A stretch of 45,886 bases of DNA from an uncultured Candidatus Saccharibacteria bacterium (GCA_964517185.1 CAZFBT010000002.1:1-45886), one strand, 5' to 3'; positions 8,001 to 15,381 are shown, numbered from the stretch's first letter. Notes: generated by a model from the sequence alone, not told the origin. Numbers and translations: made by a program.

Positions 8001-9281
8001 GCCCAAGCCGAGACCATTCGTCGCGCCGCCGATGCCGATGCTTCCCCCTGCCCCGACACTGAATAGTGTCGTCGTTGCGGTGCCGCCGGTCGTCGAGGCG
8101 ATGGTGAATAGCGGGGTTCCTCCGGGCGTATTCACACTATTCGATATGGTGAGGAGCGAGGATGGCGACGTTGAACCGATACTGACCCTTCCTCCGAAGT
8201 ACGCATTCCCCGTCGTCGTGGCACCGCCGTATATGGTGAGCCCCGTCGCACCCGTACCGCCGCCGATGGTCGAGGAGGCATTCACCACGATACCTGCGGT
8301 CGTCGAGGTGGGGGTGAGACGAGTGCCGTTGTATGACCAGTTCGATACGCCGTCGCCCGAGGCGGTGAGGACGCCGCCAACGTTCGAGAGACCTGAGCCG
8401 AGGAGCGAGGTGAAGTACTGTGAGCCGAGGCCGAGGGTCGTGGTGTAGAGGGTGGATGAAGTAGCGTAAGTGGTTGTCCCCGTAGTGACCGTGAGATTCG
8501 GGAGTGACGAGGACCAAGCGACTCCAGACCCAGTTGTCGTGAGGATCTGGCCATTTGAACCAAGTGAGTATGTGTTGTCGTAGATGCCACCGGTGAGCGC
8601 GAAATCCCCATCGATGGAAAGGTCTGCGATGGGTGTCGTGGTCGCGATGCCTATCTTCCCACCCGCCGTTGCAACAAAGATGGGGTTCACCCCACTGTAG
8701 AGGTCGAAGATGTATCCTGCCCCGTTCTGGGTGATAGAGAGCGCGCTGTCGGGCGTATTGACGACGATGGTCGAGGTTGCGTCGGTACGGACAAACTGGG
8801 TCGAATCGAGTCCATCGAGTGTGTTCGCTGAAAGCGATGTGGATGCGACGAACGCTGCAGGTACCGTCCCAAGGATCTTTCGCGGCGACATTTCCCCGTC
8901 CCACTGCGGGGTTGTCGAGCCTCCTATTTCGACACCGAGGTACAAGGTCTGGCTGAAATCAACACCTGTGAGTGGAGATGTCGAACCGAGCATGACCGAA
9001 AATAGCCCGTTCGTCACTTGCACTTTGTTCGTACCGGTGAGCGATTCGGTCCAGAGTGCGGAGGTCGTCGCGATTGTGGGTGACGTGAGGAGCCAGAAGC
9101 GCATGTTGTACGTTCCGTCTGGAACTGCGACGTTCGTTGAATCCGTTAGCTTACCCTGGTAATTGATCTCATAGTTCGGTGCCGCTTCCGACGTCCTGAA
9201 GAGCAATAAGACAAGCACGAGGAGTGTCGCCGAGAGAAGCGGATACATGAATGTCTGTGTTTTGAAAGAACGAAGGTGCAT
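2016..9281 (-). CDS. Giant secreted tail-fibre-like repeat protein (2421 aa) with C-terminal auto-processing-like module and acidic tail
   Basis: Single uninterrupted ORF. N-terminal signal peptide MYPLLSATLLVLVLLLFRTSEA. The N-terminal domain INYQGKLTD..VPDGTYNMRFWL...LWTE...VQVTNGLFSVMLG...YLGVEIGG...EMSPRKILGTVPAAF is typical of bacterial and phage tail-fibre-like proteins. The motif G.VGIGTTTP...L.V recurs at least 8 times. There is a ~15-aa SSLYG..N.FS repeat block and two blocks of N.A.G..AL..NT.G beta-roll/YadA-head-like repeats. GNSDLAEMYFSSEPLETGEIVSL...IIGVVSTKPGMTLG resembles the phage pre-neck-appendage intramolecular-chaperone (Peptidase G2-type) region. The last ~85 aa are a D/E/P/T/S-rich tail. 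An alternative start at ATG 9248 is possible. Confidence 0.9.
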   Translation of the reverse strand: MHLRSFKTQTFMYPLLSATLLVLVLLLFRTSEAAPNYEINYQGKLTDSTNVAVPDGTYNMRFWLLTSPTIATTSALWTESLTGTNKVQVTNGLFSVMLGSTSPLTGVDFSQTLYLGVEIGGSTTPQWDGEMSPRKILGTVPAAFVASTSLSANTLDGLDSTQFVRTDATSTIVVNTPDSALSITQNGAGYIFDLYSGVNPIFVATAGGKIGIATTTPIADLSIDGDFALTGGIYDNTYSLGSNGQILTTTGSGVAWSSSLPNLTVTTGTTTYATSSTLYTTTLGLGSQYFTSLLGSGLSNVGGVLTASGDGVSNWSYNGTRLTPTSTTAGIVVNASSTIGGGTGATGLTIYGGATTTGNAYFGGRVSIGSTSPSSLLTISNSVNTPGGTPLFTIASTTGGTATTTLFSVGAGGSIGIGGATNGLGLGTIISGQNTLTSTNTLEHSMIFGMNNSVASISYFYTSSLYGNSNSFSDGAYLDGSSLYGSTNIFSNDGNLTMSSLYGNNNTFPNNSSLSYSSLYGYNNTFSENVYFDQTSLYGSANTFSGDSTLAFSSLFGDNNLATSSASILRSALYGQYNSASSTATLTDSALFGSYNTLLGNLTTGSVIGSTNMLGSGDKTGLFIYGDNNTATGTITNALLFGSGNTLDNVSNLFAFGNSLSTVRSNFATFGNLFNVDSASSTVGVGTTTPVASLSIVGTTTRDVFNVASSSGATLLRVLSGGNVGIGTTTPSQLLSVAGGMHLTGGLYDRTATSGNPGMVLQTTGSGVQWVSTSSLGISGASTLASLTDVNTSGVASGTVLVYDVGTAKWETRATSSLGITSGTSLFTDGGNITYLTDTTEHLSLGTTSARALFTVSTSSATTTATFAQYGAGDILNLLSAGTEVMTFTASGRLGLGTTTPTANLAITGTAGQTASLFRISSSTEAILFEILADGSVDIGRGGFYYDASTNETSIAQLNLGSMNFGTDAGVVSWVDMPVVSAPANTIMSYSAQLDENPVLTVYGESNGSGGVQNLRVGIGSTSPIATLGVLGSGNSSLFSFASSTGSTFLTLNTKGVLTFGSTTADNIFINGGPTSTPITSLISNNIAIGNQAYSYASTTSLNQNNIALGYQALYGSSSVPMTADNNIAIGKTALFNSTSAYENIALGNEALFTNTSGGYNVGIGLGPLYYNTTGSYNNAIGNSALRKNVSGSNNNAFGYTTMWENTTGSGNNAFGDGALYSNTTGKFNNVLGYWALSGYVGTGTIGIGYFAGNLQTQGDNNIILGYRANVASTTGNNQLSIGNIIYANELGNGGAVSAGNVSIGTATPWAKFSIQNNYGSTTALFDIATTTSASYATSSLFRVGHDGKVGIGSSTPSRLLTVAGTGYFGSDLTVVGTASTSALVVSNSIDLFGGGAKTTANALCIQLTGSADLCDGSDASGAGGTQDWIRNASLTAITPTTTTLGIVINASSTIGDGTGAGGLTITGGATTTLNAYIAGTLGLGTTSPSAKLAVTGTAGSQDLFRFASSSGSSLLTLRGDGRLMFGTTTSANIFLNGGPTSTNPLDSSNTNNIALGNEAFSFVGTGATDNIALGYQALYGSSSVPMTGTYNIAIGKNALLDNTEGYENIAVGFDSLANNTTGYANVGLGKRALLSNLDGGYNIALGENAMRNSVSGQQNVAFGPYALYQNTTGSYNSALGLYALQNNTTGTNNVALGDNSDVLAGDLTNAIVIGAKAKIGRSNTLVLGGTGTYNVDVVTGSTTPWAKFSIMNNYGSTTALFDIATTTSASFATSSLFRVGYDGRVSIGSTTPEGIGLTINRTNLSGALTAGLKEYFQFNNSVENALYYGDNTYIVNTPTATSTLIGSIIRVQDSSQLGNVVRGLEVQAHRGTTTKGENTGVNAFGRTFGIRGTTEGDAGDTYVPAGVFAETRGTTQGQALRAYSGSITTAALVSLFQDTSAFTGTGLQMNFGNGNGSFAATSSTAKFFDLQVAGTSKFIIAANGSTTIGDGTVNAGLIIPRGGICVDNDGSCISTTTGQIRSVTSALGNSDLAEMYFSSEPLETGEIVSLAGGLSIGRASEASAHDIIGVVSTKPGMTLGYDDTSLKAGESAYPIALKGRVPIRLSTENGPIMKGDRIALSSIPGIGMKATESATIVGIALEDFDGEKAYSAGYLNQFGDDMVKVKLETNKNVDPRTQDGCSYGAGNEEGEAPCEKNDVDPIKPRTISIDERTAALNELRDEEAEMLMLDGTEVHIGQALMFVQLGDYIIPTEQDILAVLNATSTLENGEEDETLFDRLVALANRFVDGVLTMVEVVADRFTAKEVKTDVLCVGNTCVDEATLKALLQAQRQSPLDVTTSPTSDEESTSNGASPTPEENGGGSMGDTPLEVTVPPADEIEEPASNEASPEPTPTIEEPTPEPETTTADAAENSNNLSNTS
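3931..4052 (-). repeat. Intragenic repeat core, copy 2 (pairs with 5239..5360)
   Basis: Hand alignment of the two 122-nt segments, offset exactly 1308 nt, gives 106/122 identical bases. It encodes TPWAKFSIMNNYGSTTALFDIATTTSASFATSSLFRVGYDGRV. Confidence 0.9.
5239..5360 (-). repeat. Intragenic repeat core, copy 1 (pairs with 3931..4052)
   Basis: It encodes TPWAKFSIQNNYGSTTALFDIATTTSASYATSSLFRVGHDGKV. It is part of a larger duplicated module of about 0.9 kb (~5239-6170 versus ~3931-4775). Confidence 0.9.
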
Positions 9282-9287
9282 GGTGTG

Positions 9288-10043
9288 TTATCCGTCACTT
9301 CCGCTACTATCGGTTTCCATCGGCACCATGAGGAACCGATACGCTCTGCCGTCGTGATTTTTGAAGTGCGGGATTATGATGCCGGTGTCCGGATGCTCCG
9401 GATCAAGTGAGACTGACACCTCATCAGAGAAAGAGTCGCGTATCGTCTCGACGGTCGTCGTGTTCATCACCTCGTCGGGGCCTATGACGAGTGCCGTGTG
9501 TGTCGTCGTACCAACAATGACCGCAGGAAGTGCTCGCTCCTCGGTTGCTACCAAGGTAACCTCACGCACGGTCACAGAAGGGGCTGGATTGATGAATTCG
9601 TAGAATGCGAGCGCGAAACGCTCCAGGAATGAGTATTCCGCTTTCGAGACCTGCGCGGTCTGAGAAGTGGTGGTAGTACCAAAATATCCTACTGCTCCGA
9701 TGGTGAGCCCGATCACAAGGATGGCGAGCGTCTCGAGAAGCGCGACAGACGCTTTCGGAACCCGCACCTTGAACTGCTTTTCATTCGCAACAGCGTACGC
9801 ACGAAGTTCTGCCTTACGTGCTTCACGAATGATTTCGCTTCGCGCCTCACGGACTTTCTCAGCATCACTTACAAACCTCGATACCGACTCAGGATCGATG
9901 TACCAACGCTTGCCAACTTTCTGACCCCGAATCCTCCCATCACGAGCGAGCATGATGAGGTAGGTCCCGGTGTACCCAAAACGCCTACCTGCAAGCGCAG
10001 CGTGAATGTACTCGGTGCCGTCTATCGCAAGTGCTTCCGCCAT
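9288..10043 (-). CDS. Membrane-tethered HTH protein (N-terminal excisionase/MerR-like HTH, one TM helix, extracytoplasmic C-domain), 251 aa
   Basis: ORF 9288..10112, trimmed to ATG 10043. The N-terminus MAEALAIDGTEYIHAALAGRRFGYTGTYLIMLARDGRIRGQKVGKRWYIDPESV fits the HTH_17-type pattern (..G.ip..kvG.rW.i). It is followed by a charged helix, then the TM segment VALLETLAILVIGLTIGAVGYFG. Its stop lies 6 nt upstream of the giant gene start. Confidence 0.7.
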   Translation of the reverse strand: MAEALAIDGTEYIHAALAGRRFGYTGTYLIMLARDGRIRGQKVGKRWYIDPESVSRFVSDAEKVREARSEIIREARKAELRAYAVANEKQFKVRVPKASVALLETLAILVIGLTIGAVGYFGTTTTSQTAQVSKAEYSFLERFALAFYEFINPAPSVTVREVTLVATEERALPAVIVGTTTHTALVIGPDEVMNTTTVETIRDSFSDEVSVSLDPEHPDTGIIIPHFKNHDGRAYRFLMVPMETDSSGSDG

Positions 10044-10342
10044 TACAAAAAATTTTAAATTCCATATAATTTTACTAACTGTTTGCGATTTTTTATAAGC
10101 AGTTATCAACACGAAAATATTCCTTCCTGAAGAAAGAATTTCTGGTGGTCCACACTTCTGAGTTTTCTGTTATGCTGTCAATGATTCCCGCGGTCATCCC
10201 CACATCTATCTCAGCAGAACGAAAGCACACGAATGATTTACAAAGATTTGTAGCTCCATACTTAACAACTCAAGACATTCTAGTAACGAATCTTAACCAT
10301 ATATCAAGCAAAATCGAACATTCTAAACACATTTGTATTGAA

Positions 10343-10371
10343 AAATCTCTGAAGTATTACTTCAGAGATTT
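10343..10371 (-). terminator. Rho-independent terminator of gene 10409..11506
   Basis: A perfect 13-bp stem, AAATCTCTGAAGT (10343-10355) pairing with ACTTCAGAGATTT (10359-10371), with a 3-nt loop. On the minus-strand RNA the stem runs into UUUUUC. It lies 38 nt downstream of the stop at 10409. Confidence 0.6.
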
Positions 10372-10408
10372 ATTTCAAAATATAGATATCTCGTTTGCTC
10401 GAGAAAGT

Positions 10409-11506
10409 TCAATCTTTGAGCTTTTGCAACTTTTCGTAGGTGCCTAGAGGGTCAACCGTGTAAGTTGTTGTGGTGATCACTTCGGAATCTCCAGAACCTT
10501 GCTCAAAATGCCATTGTCCTTCGATCAGGAGGCTTCCTATTGCAATGCAGAGTGCTGTGATGAGGGTGCTTGTTAGCATGTACTGAAATCCGCTAGATTT
10601 TGTTTGATTTTGCGGGGTAATAGTTGCTTCTGACTGTGATTTTAGCGTACTGCTACCTTCTGCTGCTTTTGCAATAGGCTTTATCTCAATCTCAGTCACC
10701 GAAGTAGCAACGTTGTGCTGTGGATGCTCTTTTGCGGTAATTGGTTCAGGTGTCGTGTACTCGATTTCCTGCTCGCTGAGTCTATCGAAAAAGTCTTTCT
10801 TTTTATTGATATTTTCAGTTTTCAGTCTTTGGTCCTTCATCTCGTAATCTTCTGTAACCACAACCTTCCGCCCCCCGAGTGATAGCTTCTCTGTTTTTGC
10901 CTCCGTTGTTTCAGGTCGATGTTTAACTATCTTAGGCATGAGAAGAGTGACGCTCGGATCACCGAGATCGTCTGAAACATCAACTACCTTGAGTTTGCCA
11001 GACATGAGTATCTTCTTGCCCTCATTCTGAATGATGTACGGTTCTTTCTCATCTAGATCTATGTTGGTCGTAAACCGAGCCCCTCCCTCAGCGTGGACGC
11101 GAAGGCGCCTTCCTGACACCGGCAGACGTTCCTGCATCTTTTCTCCCTCAGTCTGAAACTTGAGCTTTCGCTCTTTCTCAATAGGAGGTATGAGATCACT
11201 TGGGTCTGTCTCGTAACGAATCTTTATGTTTGTATAGCTATTTTTTGTTTTATTCGACTCCTCTCGTCGACGCTCCTCTAGCATACGCTTTGCTTGCTCA
11301 CGTGCTTTCACCCGAGATAGACGCTTCTTCTCGACACGGTGCGTGCCGAGCTCTTCCATATTTACATACCACGAGCGACCAACGAGATGTGCATCAACAT
11401 GGCCGCCTCTGCAGAGTTGCCCAACGTAATCCGAAGTATAACCAAGATCGCGAGCAGCTCGCGATGCCTTCACATACGTCTTGCCATTAAGAACGAGTAT
11501 CTCCAT
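10409..11506 (-). CDS. Membrane-tethered HTH protein, paralog of 9288..10043 (HTH, long charged region, C-terminal TM)
   Basis: The N-terminus MEILVLNGKTYVKASRAARDLGYTSDYVGQLCRGGHVDAHLVGRSWYVNMEEL aligns with the paralog (G..Y..A....GYT..Y...L.R.G......VG..WY). TM segment YMLTSTLITALCIAIGSLLIEG lies near the C-terminus. ATG 11506 is chosen because of the paralog alignment and a TATACT hexamer 9 nt upstream. The track start at 11524 is a GTG, and ATG 11515 is also possible. Confidence 0.65.
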   Translation of the reverse strand: MEILVLNGKTYVKASRAARDLGYTSDYVGQLCRGGHVDAHLVGRSWYVNMEELGTHRVEKKRLSRVKAREQAKRMLEERRREESNKTKNSYTNIKIRYETDPSDLIPPIEKERKLKFQTEGEKMQERLPVSGRRLRVHAEGGARFTTNIDLDEKEPYIIQNEGKKILMSGKLKVVDVSDDLGDPSVTLLMPKIVKHRPETTEAKTEKLSLGGRKVVVTEDYEMKDQRLKTENINKKKDFFDRLSEQEIEYTTPEPITAKEHPQHNVATSVTEIEIKPIAKAAEGSSTLKSQSEATITPQNQTKSSGFQYMLTSTLITALCIAIGSLLIEGQWHFEQGSGDSEVITTTTYTVDPLGTYEKLQKLKD

Positions 11507-11579
11507 ACATTCCATAGTATACACCTCACACCCGAGATGTATAGATATTCAAACAGGATATCGGTTACACGAGGATCTA

Positions 11580-12995
11580 TTACAATGTATCAATGCTCTT
11601 CTTGATGAGGTCGGCGAGAAGCACTGGATTTGCCGAACCCTTTGTCGCCCTCATACCCTGACCAACAAGGAATTGCAAAGAGGACGTCTTACCCTTTTTG
11701 AAATCATCAACAACACCTGAATGCTCATGAATTATCTGTTCAACGATCGCCAGCAGATCACCTTCAGAGCTCAGTTGATTAAGACCACGCTCACGAGCCA
11801 GCTGAATGGGATCAGAACCTTCAAAAATGACTTCCGGGAGTAAATCCTTAGCAACTCGGGATGTTATCTCATCACGATTGAGCATACCCATGAGTGCGAC
11901 GAACTGTGATGCATTGGAATTCAATAGTTCTCTTCCAGAATCAAGTAGTGACAAAGTATCCGTGGTTAGATAGTTTGCAGCAAGAACTAACAGTTTATAG
12001 TCATCTCCAGCAATATCTATAATTGAGTCATAAAAAGCTGTAAGTGTTCTATCATAGATAATTGTCTCAATCTGTATTCTCGATAAACCGATATCTCTAT
12101 ATTTAGAGCGCCTAGCATTAGGGAGAACCGGTATTTCCTTGCTTAGACGAGATAAAGAGAACTCTGGTATGCTTTCGATATTGAGTTTTGGCAAATCTGG
12201 TTCAGGAAAATAACGATAGTCATGCGCAGTCTCCTTGAGACGTTGAGAAAAGGTTTTTCGCTTATTCTCGTCCCAGCCCCTCGTTTCCTGTGTCACCGTC
12301 TCCCCCTTTTCTAATAGTTGGACCTGTCGCTTCACCTCATACTCAATAGCATCCTCAACGGATTTGAAGGAGTTTAAATTTTTAACCTCGACCTTTGTGC
12401 CAAGTTCATCAGTTCGACTGACCGAGATGTTTGCTTCGACTCGCATTTCGCCACGTTCCATATTCGCGTCCGAGACGCCGAGTGTACGGAGGAGGAGCTG
12501 GAGTTCTCGTGCAAACGTACCTGCAGTTTTTGCATCGTGGATGACTGGTTCAGTGACGAGCTCCATGAGAGGAACACCAGCCCTGTTGAAGTCGACAATG
12601 CTCCCCTCTCCTTCTTCGTGAAGTGAACGTGCGGTGTCCTCTTCGAGATGCACACGTGTTATAGAGACCCCCGCGAGTGTTCCGCCTTTCACGAGTGGGT
12701 ACTGGTACTGACTAATCTGATACCCCTTCGGTATGTCGGGGTAGAAGTAGTTTTTACGGTCGAACTCTGTGAAAGCTGCGAGCTCACTCCCGAGTGCCAC
12801 ACCGACCTTAAGCACATGCTTGACCGCCTCCTTGTTGATGACAGGAAGTGTTCCGGGGTGTGCCATGCACACAGGACAGACATGCGTATTCGGTTCTGCA
12901 TCATGCGGGTCATTCTTCGAGGTACAGAACATCTTCGTTCGTGTTTTGAGTTCAGCATGTACCTCGATTCCGATGGTCGGGGTGTACGTTGACAT
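11580..12995 (-). CDS. gatB: Asp-tRNA(Asn)/Glu-tRNA(Gln) amidotransferase subunit B
   Basis: 471 aa, full-length GatB pattern: MSTYTPTIGIEVHAELKTRTKMFC...HVCPVCMAHPGTLPV...DRKNYFYPDIPKGYQISQ...TRVHLEEDTA...VDFNRAGVPLMELVTEP. Confidence 0.95.
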   Translation of the reverse strand: MSTYTPTIGIEVHAELKTRTKMFCTSKNDPHDAEPNTHVCPVCMAHPGTLPVINKEAVKHVLKVGVALGSELAAFTEFDRKNYFYPDIPKGYQISQYQYPLVKGGTLAGVSITRVHLEEDTARSLHEEGEGSIVDFNRAGVPLMELVTEPVIHDAKTAGTFARELQLLLRTLGVSDANMERGEMRVEANISVSRTDELGTKVEVKNLNSFKSVEDAIEYEVKRQVQLLEKGETVTQETRGWDENKRKTFSQRLKETAHDYRYFPEPDLPKLNIESIPEFSLSRLSKEIPVLPNARRSKYRDIGLSRIQIETIIYDRTLTAFYDSIIDIAGDDYKLLVLAANYLTTDTLSLLDSGRELLNSNASQFVALMGMLNRDEITSRVAKDLLPEVIFEGSDPIQLARERGLNQLSSEGDLLAIVEQIIHEHSGVVDDFKKGKTSSLQFLVGQGMRATKGSANPVLLADLIKKSIDTL

Positions 12996-13001
12996 GCTGG
13001 A

Positions 13002-13030
13002 ATACTACCGTCTCTCTCATAAAGAGACAA
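13002..13030 (-). promoter_or_regulatory. Candidate leaderless-type promoter of gatB
   Basis: Minus strand reads TTGTCT (13025-13030), 17 nt, TAGTAT (13002-13007), 6 nt, ATG (12995). No Shine-Dalgarno is present. Confidence 0.45.
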
Positions 13031-13242
13031 GTAGAGGAGAGTCCATGGTGCAAAAACGGTGGCGTTGACGGTTCGAGACTCTGATAGATAGTCAAAAAAG
13101 TAGCAAAATAAAGACACGAAACGTATTTCAGTCAATATCCTGAGGTATCATACATAATATCTGGCTTATTAAAAGGTCAAAAGCACTTTTTAAAAAGTTT
13201 TAACTAAGCGTGGATCTGAATTCTTCAATGAGAGATCGTCTA

Positions 13243-14226
13243 TTATTCACCTGTTTTCGTGCTGTTTTTTAGGTGTGCAACGAGGGTTTCGGAGAGGCTT
13301 TTGACACCTTCCCCTTTCTCTGCAGAGATGACCGCGTAGGAAATCTTACGTGACGTGAAGTATGCTTTGGCTTCACTGAGTCGCTCAGCGGTCGCGAGAT
13401 CTGATTTCGTGAGTACGGCCCATTCCTCTTTTTCAAGAAGTGCTGGATTGAAGCGTTCGAGTTCGGTCCGGATTGTTTCGTAGCGGGTCTTCACATCATC
13501 CCCCTCAAGCGAGACACAGTGAAGGAGCATCCTGGTGCGTTCGACATGGCGGAGGAACTTGTGCCCGAGTCCCTTGCCTGCCGATGCTCCGGCGATGAGC
13601 CCGGGGATGTCTGCGAGAATGTATCCGAAGAGGTCACCGAGGTGCGGCTCAGTCGTCGTGAAGGGATACGCACCGATGCGTGAGCGCGCGTGTGTGAGCG
13701 CATTGATGAGGGTCGACTTACCAGCATTCGGGAAGCCGATGATACCGACATCGACGAGGAGCGAGAGCTCAATCGTGAACGTCCCGCGTTCGCCCTTTTT
13801 CCCCTTTGTCGCCTCTTGCGGGGAACGGTTCGTTGAGGATTTGAAGTGCTCATTCCCGAACCCGCCGAGCCCACCACGAAGCACCTTGCACGTCTCGCCC
13901 TCCACGCTGAGCCGATATATGCGCTCACGCTCATGTTCCGTGATGGTCGAGCCGACCGGTACATCGATGTAGAGATCTTCGCCATCCTTGCCGCGTTTGC
14001 TCTGACGTGCCCCAGGAGCACCGTTTTCAGCCTTGAATTCCTTTGCCCCGGTGTACTTCGCGAGGAGTCCGAGGTCGCGGACCGCACGAAAGTAGACATT
14101 GCCGCCCCTGCCGCCGTTCCCTCCTGCGGGACCACCACGGTCGACGAATTTCTCGTGGCGCCACCGAACAACCCCGTCGCCGCCGCGGCCTGCTTGCGCT
14201 CCTATGGTGAGTTCATCGACAAACAT
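13243..14226 (-). CDS. obg: GTPase Obg/CgtA
   Basis: MFVDELTIGAQAGRGGDGVVRWRHEKFVDRGGPAGGNGGRGGNVYF (Obg glycine-rich fold). G-domain motifs GFPNAGKST, DIPGLI and TKSD are present. Confidence 0.95.
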   Translation of the reverse strand: MFVDELTIGAQAGRGGDGVVRWRHEKFVDRGGPAGGNGGRGGNVYFRAVRDLGLLAKYTGAKEFKAENGAPGARQSKRGKDGEDLYIDVPVGSTITEHERERIYRLSVEGETCKVLRGGLGGFGNEHFKSSTNRSPQEATKGKKGERGTFTIELSLLVDVGIIGFPNAGKSTLINALTHARSRIGAYPFTTTEPHLGDLFGYILADIPGLIAGASAGKGLGHKFLRHVERTRMLLHCVSLEGDDVKTRYETIRTELERFNPALLEKEEWAVLTKSDLATAERLSEAKAYFTSRKISYAVISAEKGEGVKSLSETLVAHLKNSTKTGE

Positions 14227-14230
14227 ATAT

Positions 14231-14899
14231 TCAGTGGTCGTCCTCGGTTTTCTGTCTTCCGTGCTTCCGGACGTAGAGGACCGCCAAGGTAAAGACGAGG
14301 ATAGATGCTACACCGAGCACCGTTAAAAGTACATAGTTCCCCGAAAGTGCGGCATCGCCGAGGTACGCGAATGCGAACCCGAACCAGAGAGTACCGAGGA
14401 TAGTCGTGTGGACATACTCGCGGAGCGATACCATGCTCACGAGTCCAAGGGCGTAACTCAGGATATCGACGGGAACCGCCATGCGGAGCATGACGAGAAG
14501 GAGAAAGTGGGTCTCCTGTGGAATCTGCGCCTCATACCGAGCGAGTGAACCAACATCCATGAAACGTGAGAGAAATGGACGACCGCCATACCGAGCAATG
14601 AGGAATGCGACGATGGCACCGAGAACCCAACCCACGATGCTCGCTACAGCGGTTGTGAAAGGGCCGAGGATCGTAGCCGCAAGCGGCACGACTCCAATGG
14701 TCGTGAAGGGCGCAACGACCGTTGAAAAGAACATGAGCCCTGTGTACGCAAGGATGCTCAGCATACGATTTTCAGTGCTCAAGGTCACGAACGCCTCGGT
14801 GGGAAATTTCACGAAGACGATGATGACGCTCAGAATAATGACGAGCGAGAGGAGCACTGAAGCAAGCTTGTGCTTCCCTCTCCTGAAGAACCTAGTCAT
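14231..14899 (-). CDS. TVP38/TMEM64 (VTT/DedA-like) family membrane protein
   Basis: Polytopic protein of 222 aa with LGAIVAFLIARYGGRPFL and RMAVPVDILSYALGLVSMSLREY..TILGTLWFGFAFAYLG motifs. It lies 4 nt upstream of obg and overlaps the preceding gene by 4 nt. Confidence 0.75.
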   Translation of the reverse strand: MTRFFRRGKHKLASVLLSLVIILSVIIVFVKFPTEAFVTLSTENRMLSILAYTGLMFFSTVVAPFTTIGVVPLAATILGPFTTAVASIVGWVLGAIVAFLIARYGGRPFLSRFMDVGSLARYEAQIPQETHFLLLVMLRMAVPVDILSYALGLVSMVSLREYVHTTILGTLWFGFAFAYLGDAALSGNYVLLTVLGVASILVFTLAVLYVRKHGRQKTEDDH

Positions 14900-15234
14900 T
14901 TTTCGTGCTTACTGACAGCAGAACTCACAATGCTCACGATGAGGGAGCCGAAGAGTCCGGTCCAGAATCCAGAGACTGAGAAGCCCTGAACGAAGGATGC
15001 GACAAAGAGGAAGAGGAGTGCGTTGATGACGAATATGAAAAGTCCAAGGGTGAGGATGGTGATGGGGAGCGTAAAGAAGATGAGGATGGGACGGACAATC
15101 GCATTCAGTATGCCGAGCACAAATGCCGCAATGAGTGCGGTCGTGAGCGAATCGACCTCGATGCCCGGGATGACCTCAGCGACGAGGAGGAGCGTAAGGG
15201 CGGTAATGGCAGTGCGTGCGAGGAATTCCCACAT
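14896..15234 (-). CDS. DUF360 / phage-holin-4_2 family small membrane protein
   Basis: 112 aa with 3-4 TM segments: LGILNAIVRPILIFFTLPITILTLGLFIFVINALLFLFVASFV. First gene of the operon DUF360-VTT-obg. Confidence 0.75.
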   Translation of the reverse strand: MWEFLARTAITALTLLLVAEVIPGIEVDSLTTALIAAFVLGILNAIVRPILIFFTLPITILTLGLFIFVINALLFLFVASFVQGFSVSGFWTGLFGSLIVSIVSSAVSKHEK

Positions 15235-15240
15235 AAATTC

Positions 15241-15268
15241 ATTCTACGCGCTTTTTCAGTGCTGTCGA
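15241..15268 (-). promoter_or_regulatory. Candidate leaderless-type promoter of the DUF360-VTT-obg operon
   Basis: Minus strand reads TCGACA (15263-15268), 16 nt, TAGAAT (15241-15246), 6 nt, ATG (15234). Confidence 0.45.
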
Positions 15269-15351
15269 GTTATGAGCACTCAAGGTGAACTGCCTATAGC
15301 GTGTCCGTGTATGTAGTAGAATTTCCTCGCATGTCGAGCACTCATCACTCT

Positions 15352-15381
15352 CAAACTCTTTCGAGTAATCGAAAGAGTTTG
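15352..15381. other. Perfect 13-bp hairpin of unknown role (related in sequence to the secA terminator)
   Basis: CAAACTCTTTCGA-GTAA-TCGAAAGAGTTTG. No U-tract follows on either strand. It shares the core TTTCGA.TAATCGAAAG with the hairpin at 15462-15489. Confidence 0.5.

Noticed and set aside
1-10043. A prophage or phage remnant, because of the tail-fibre-like, G2-chaperone-like and glycine-rich fibre proteins
   Set aside because: No capsid, terminase, portal, baseplate, integrase or lysis genes are present. Both fibre-like proteins carry Sec signal peptides. The flanks are housekeeping genes.
10145-10447. A 100-aa plus-strand ORF in the intergenic region between the two HTH-TM genes
   Set aside because: It lies in AT-rich promoter and terminator DNA. 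It runs through the terminator hairpin and into the convergent gene end, and it has no motifs.
13061-13085. A tRNA-like T-arm (GGTTCGAGACT)
   Set aside because: The flanking bases GACGG and CTCTG cannot pair as a T-stem. No acceptor or anticodon arms could be built.
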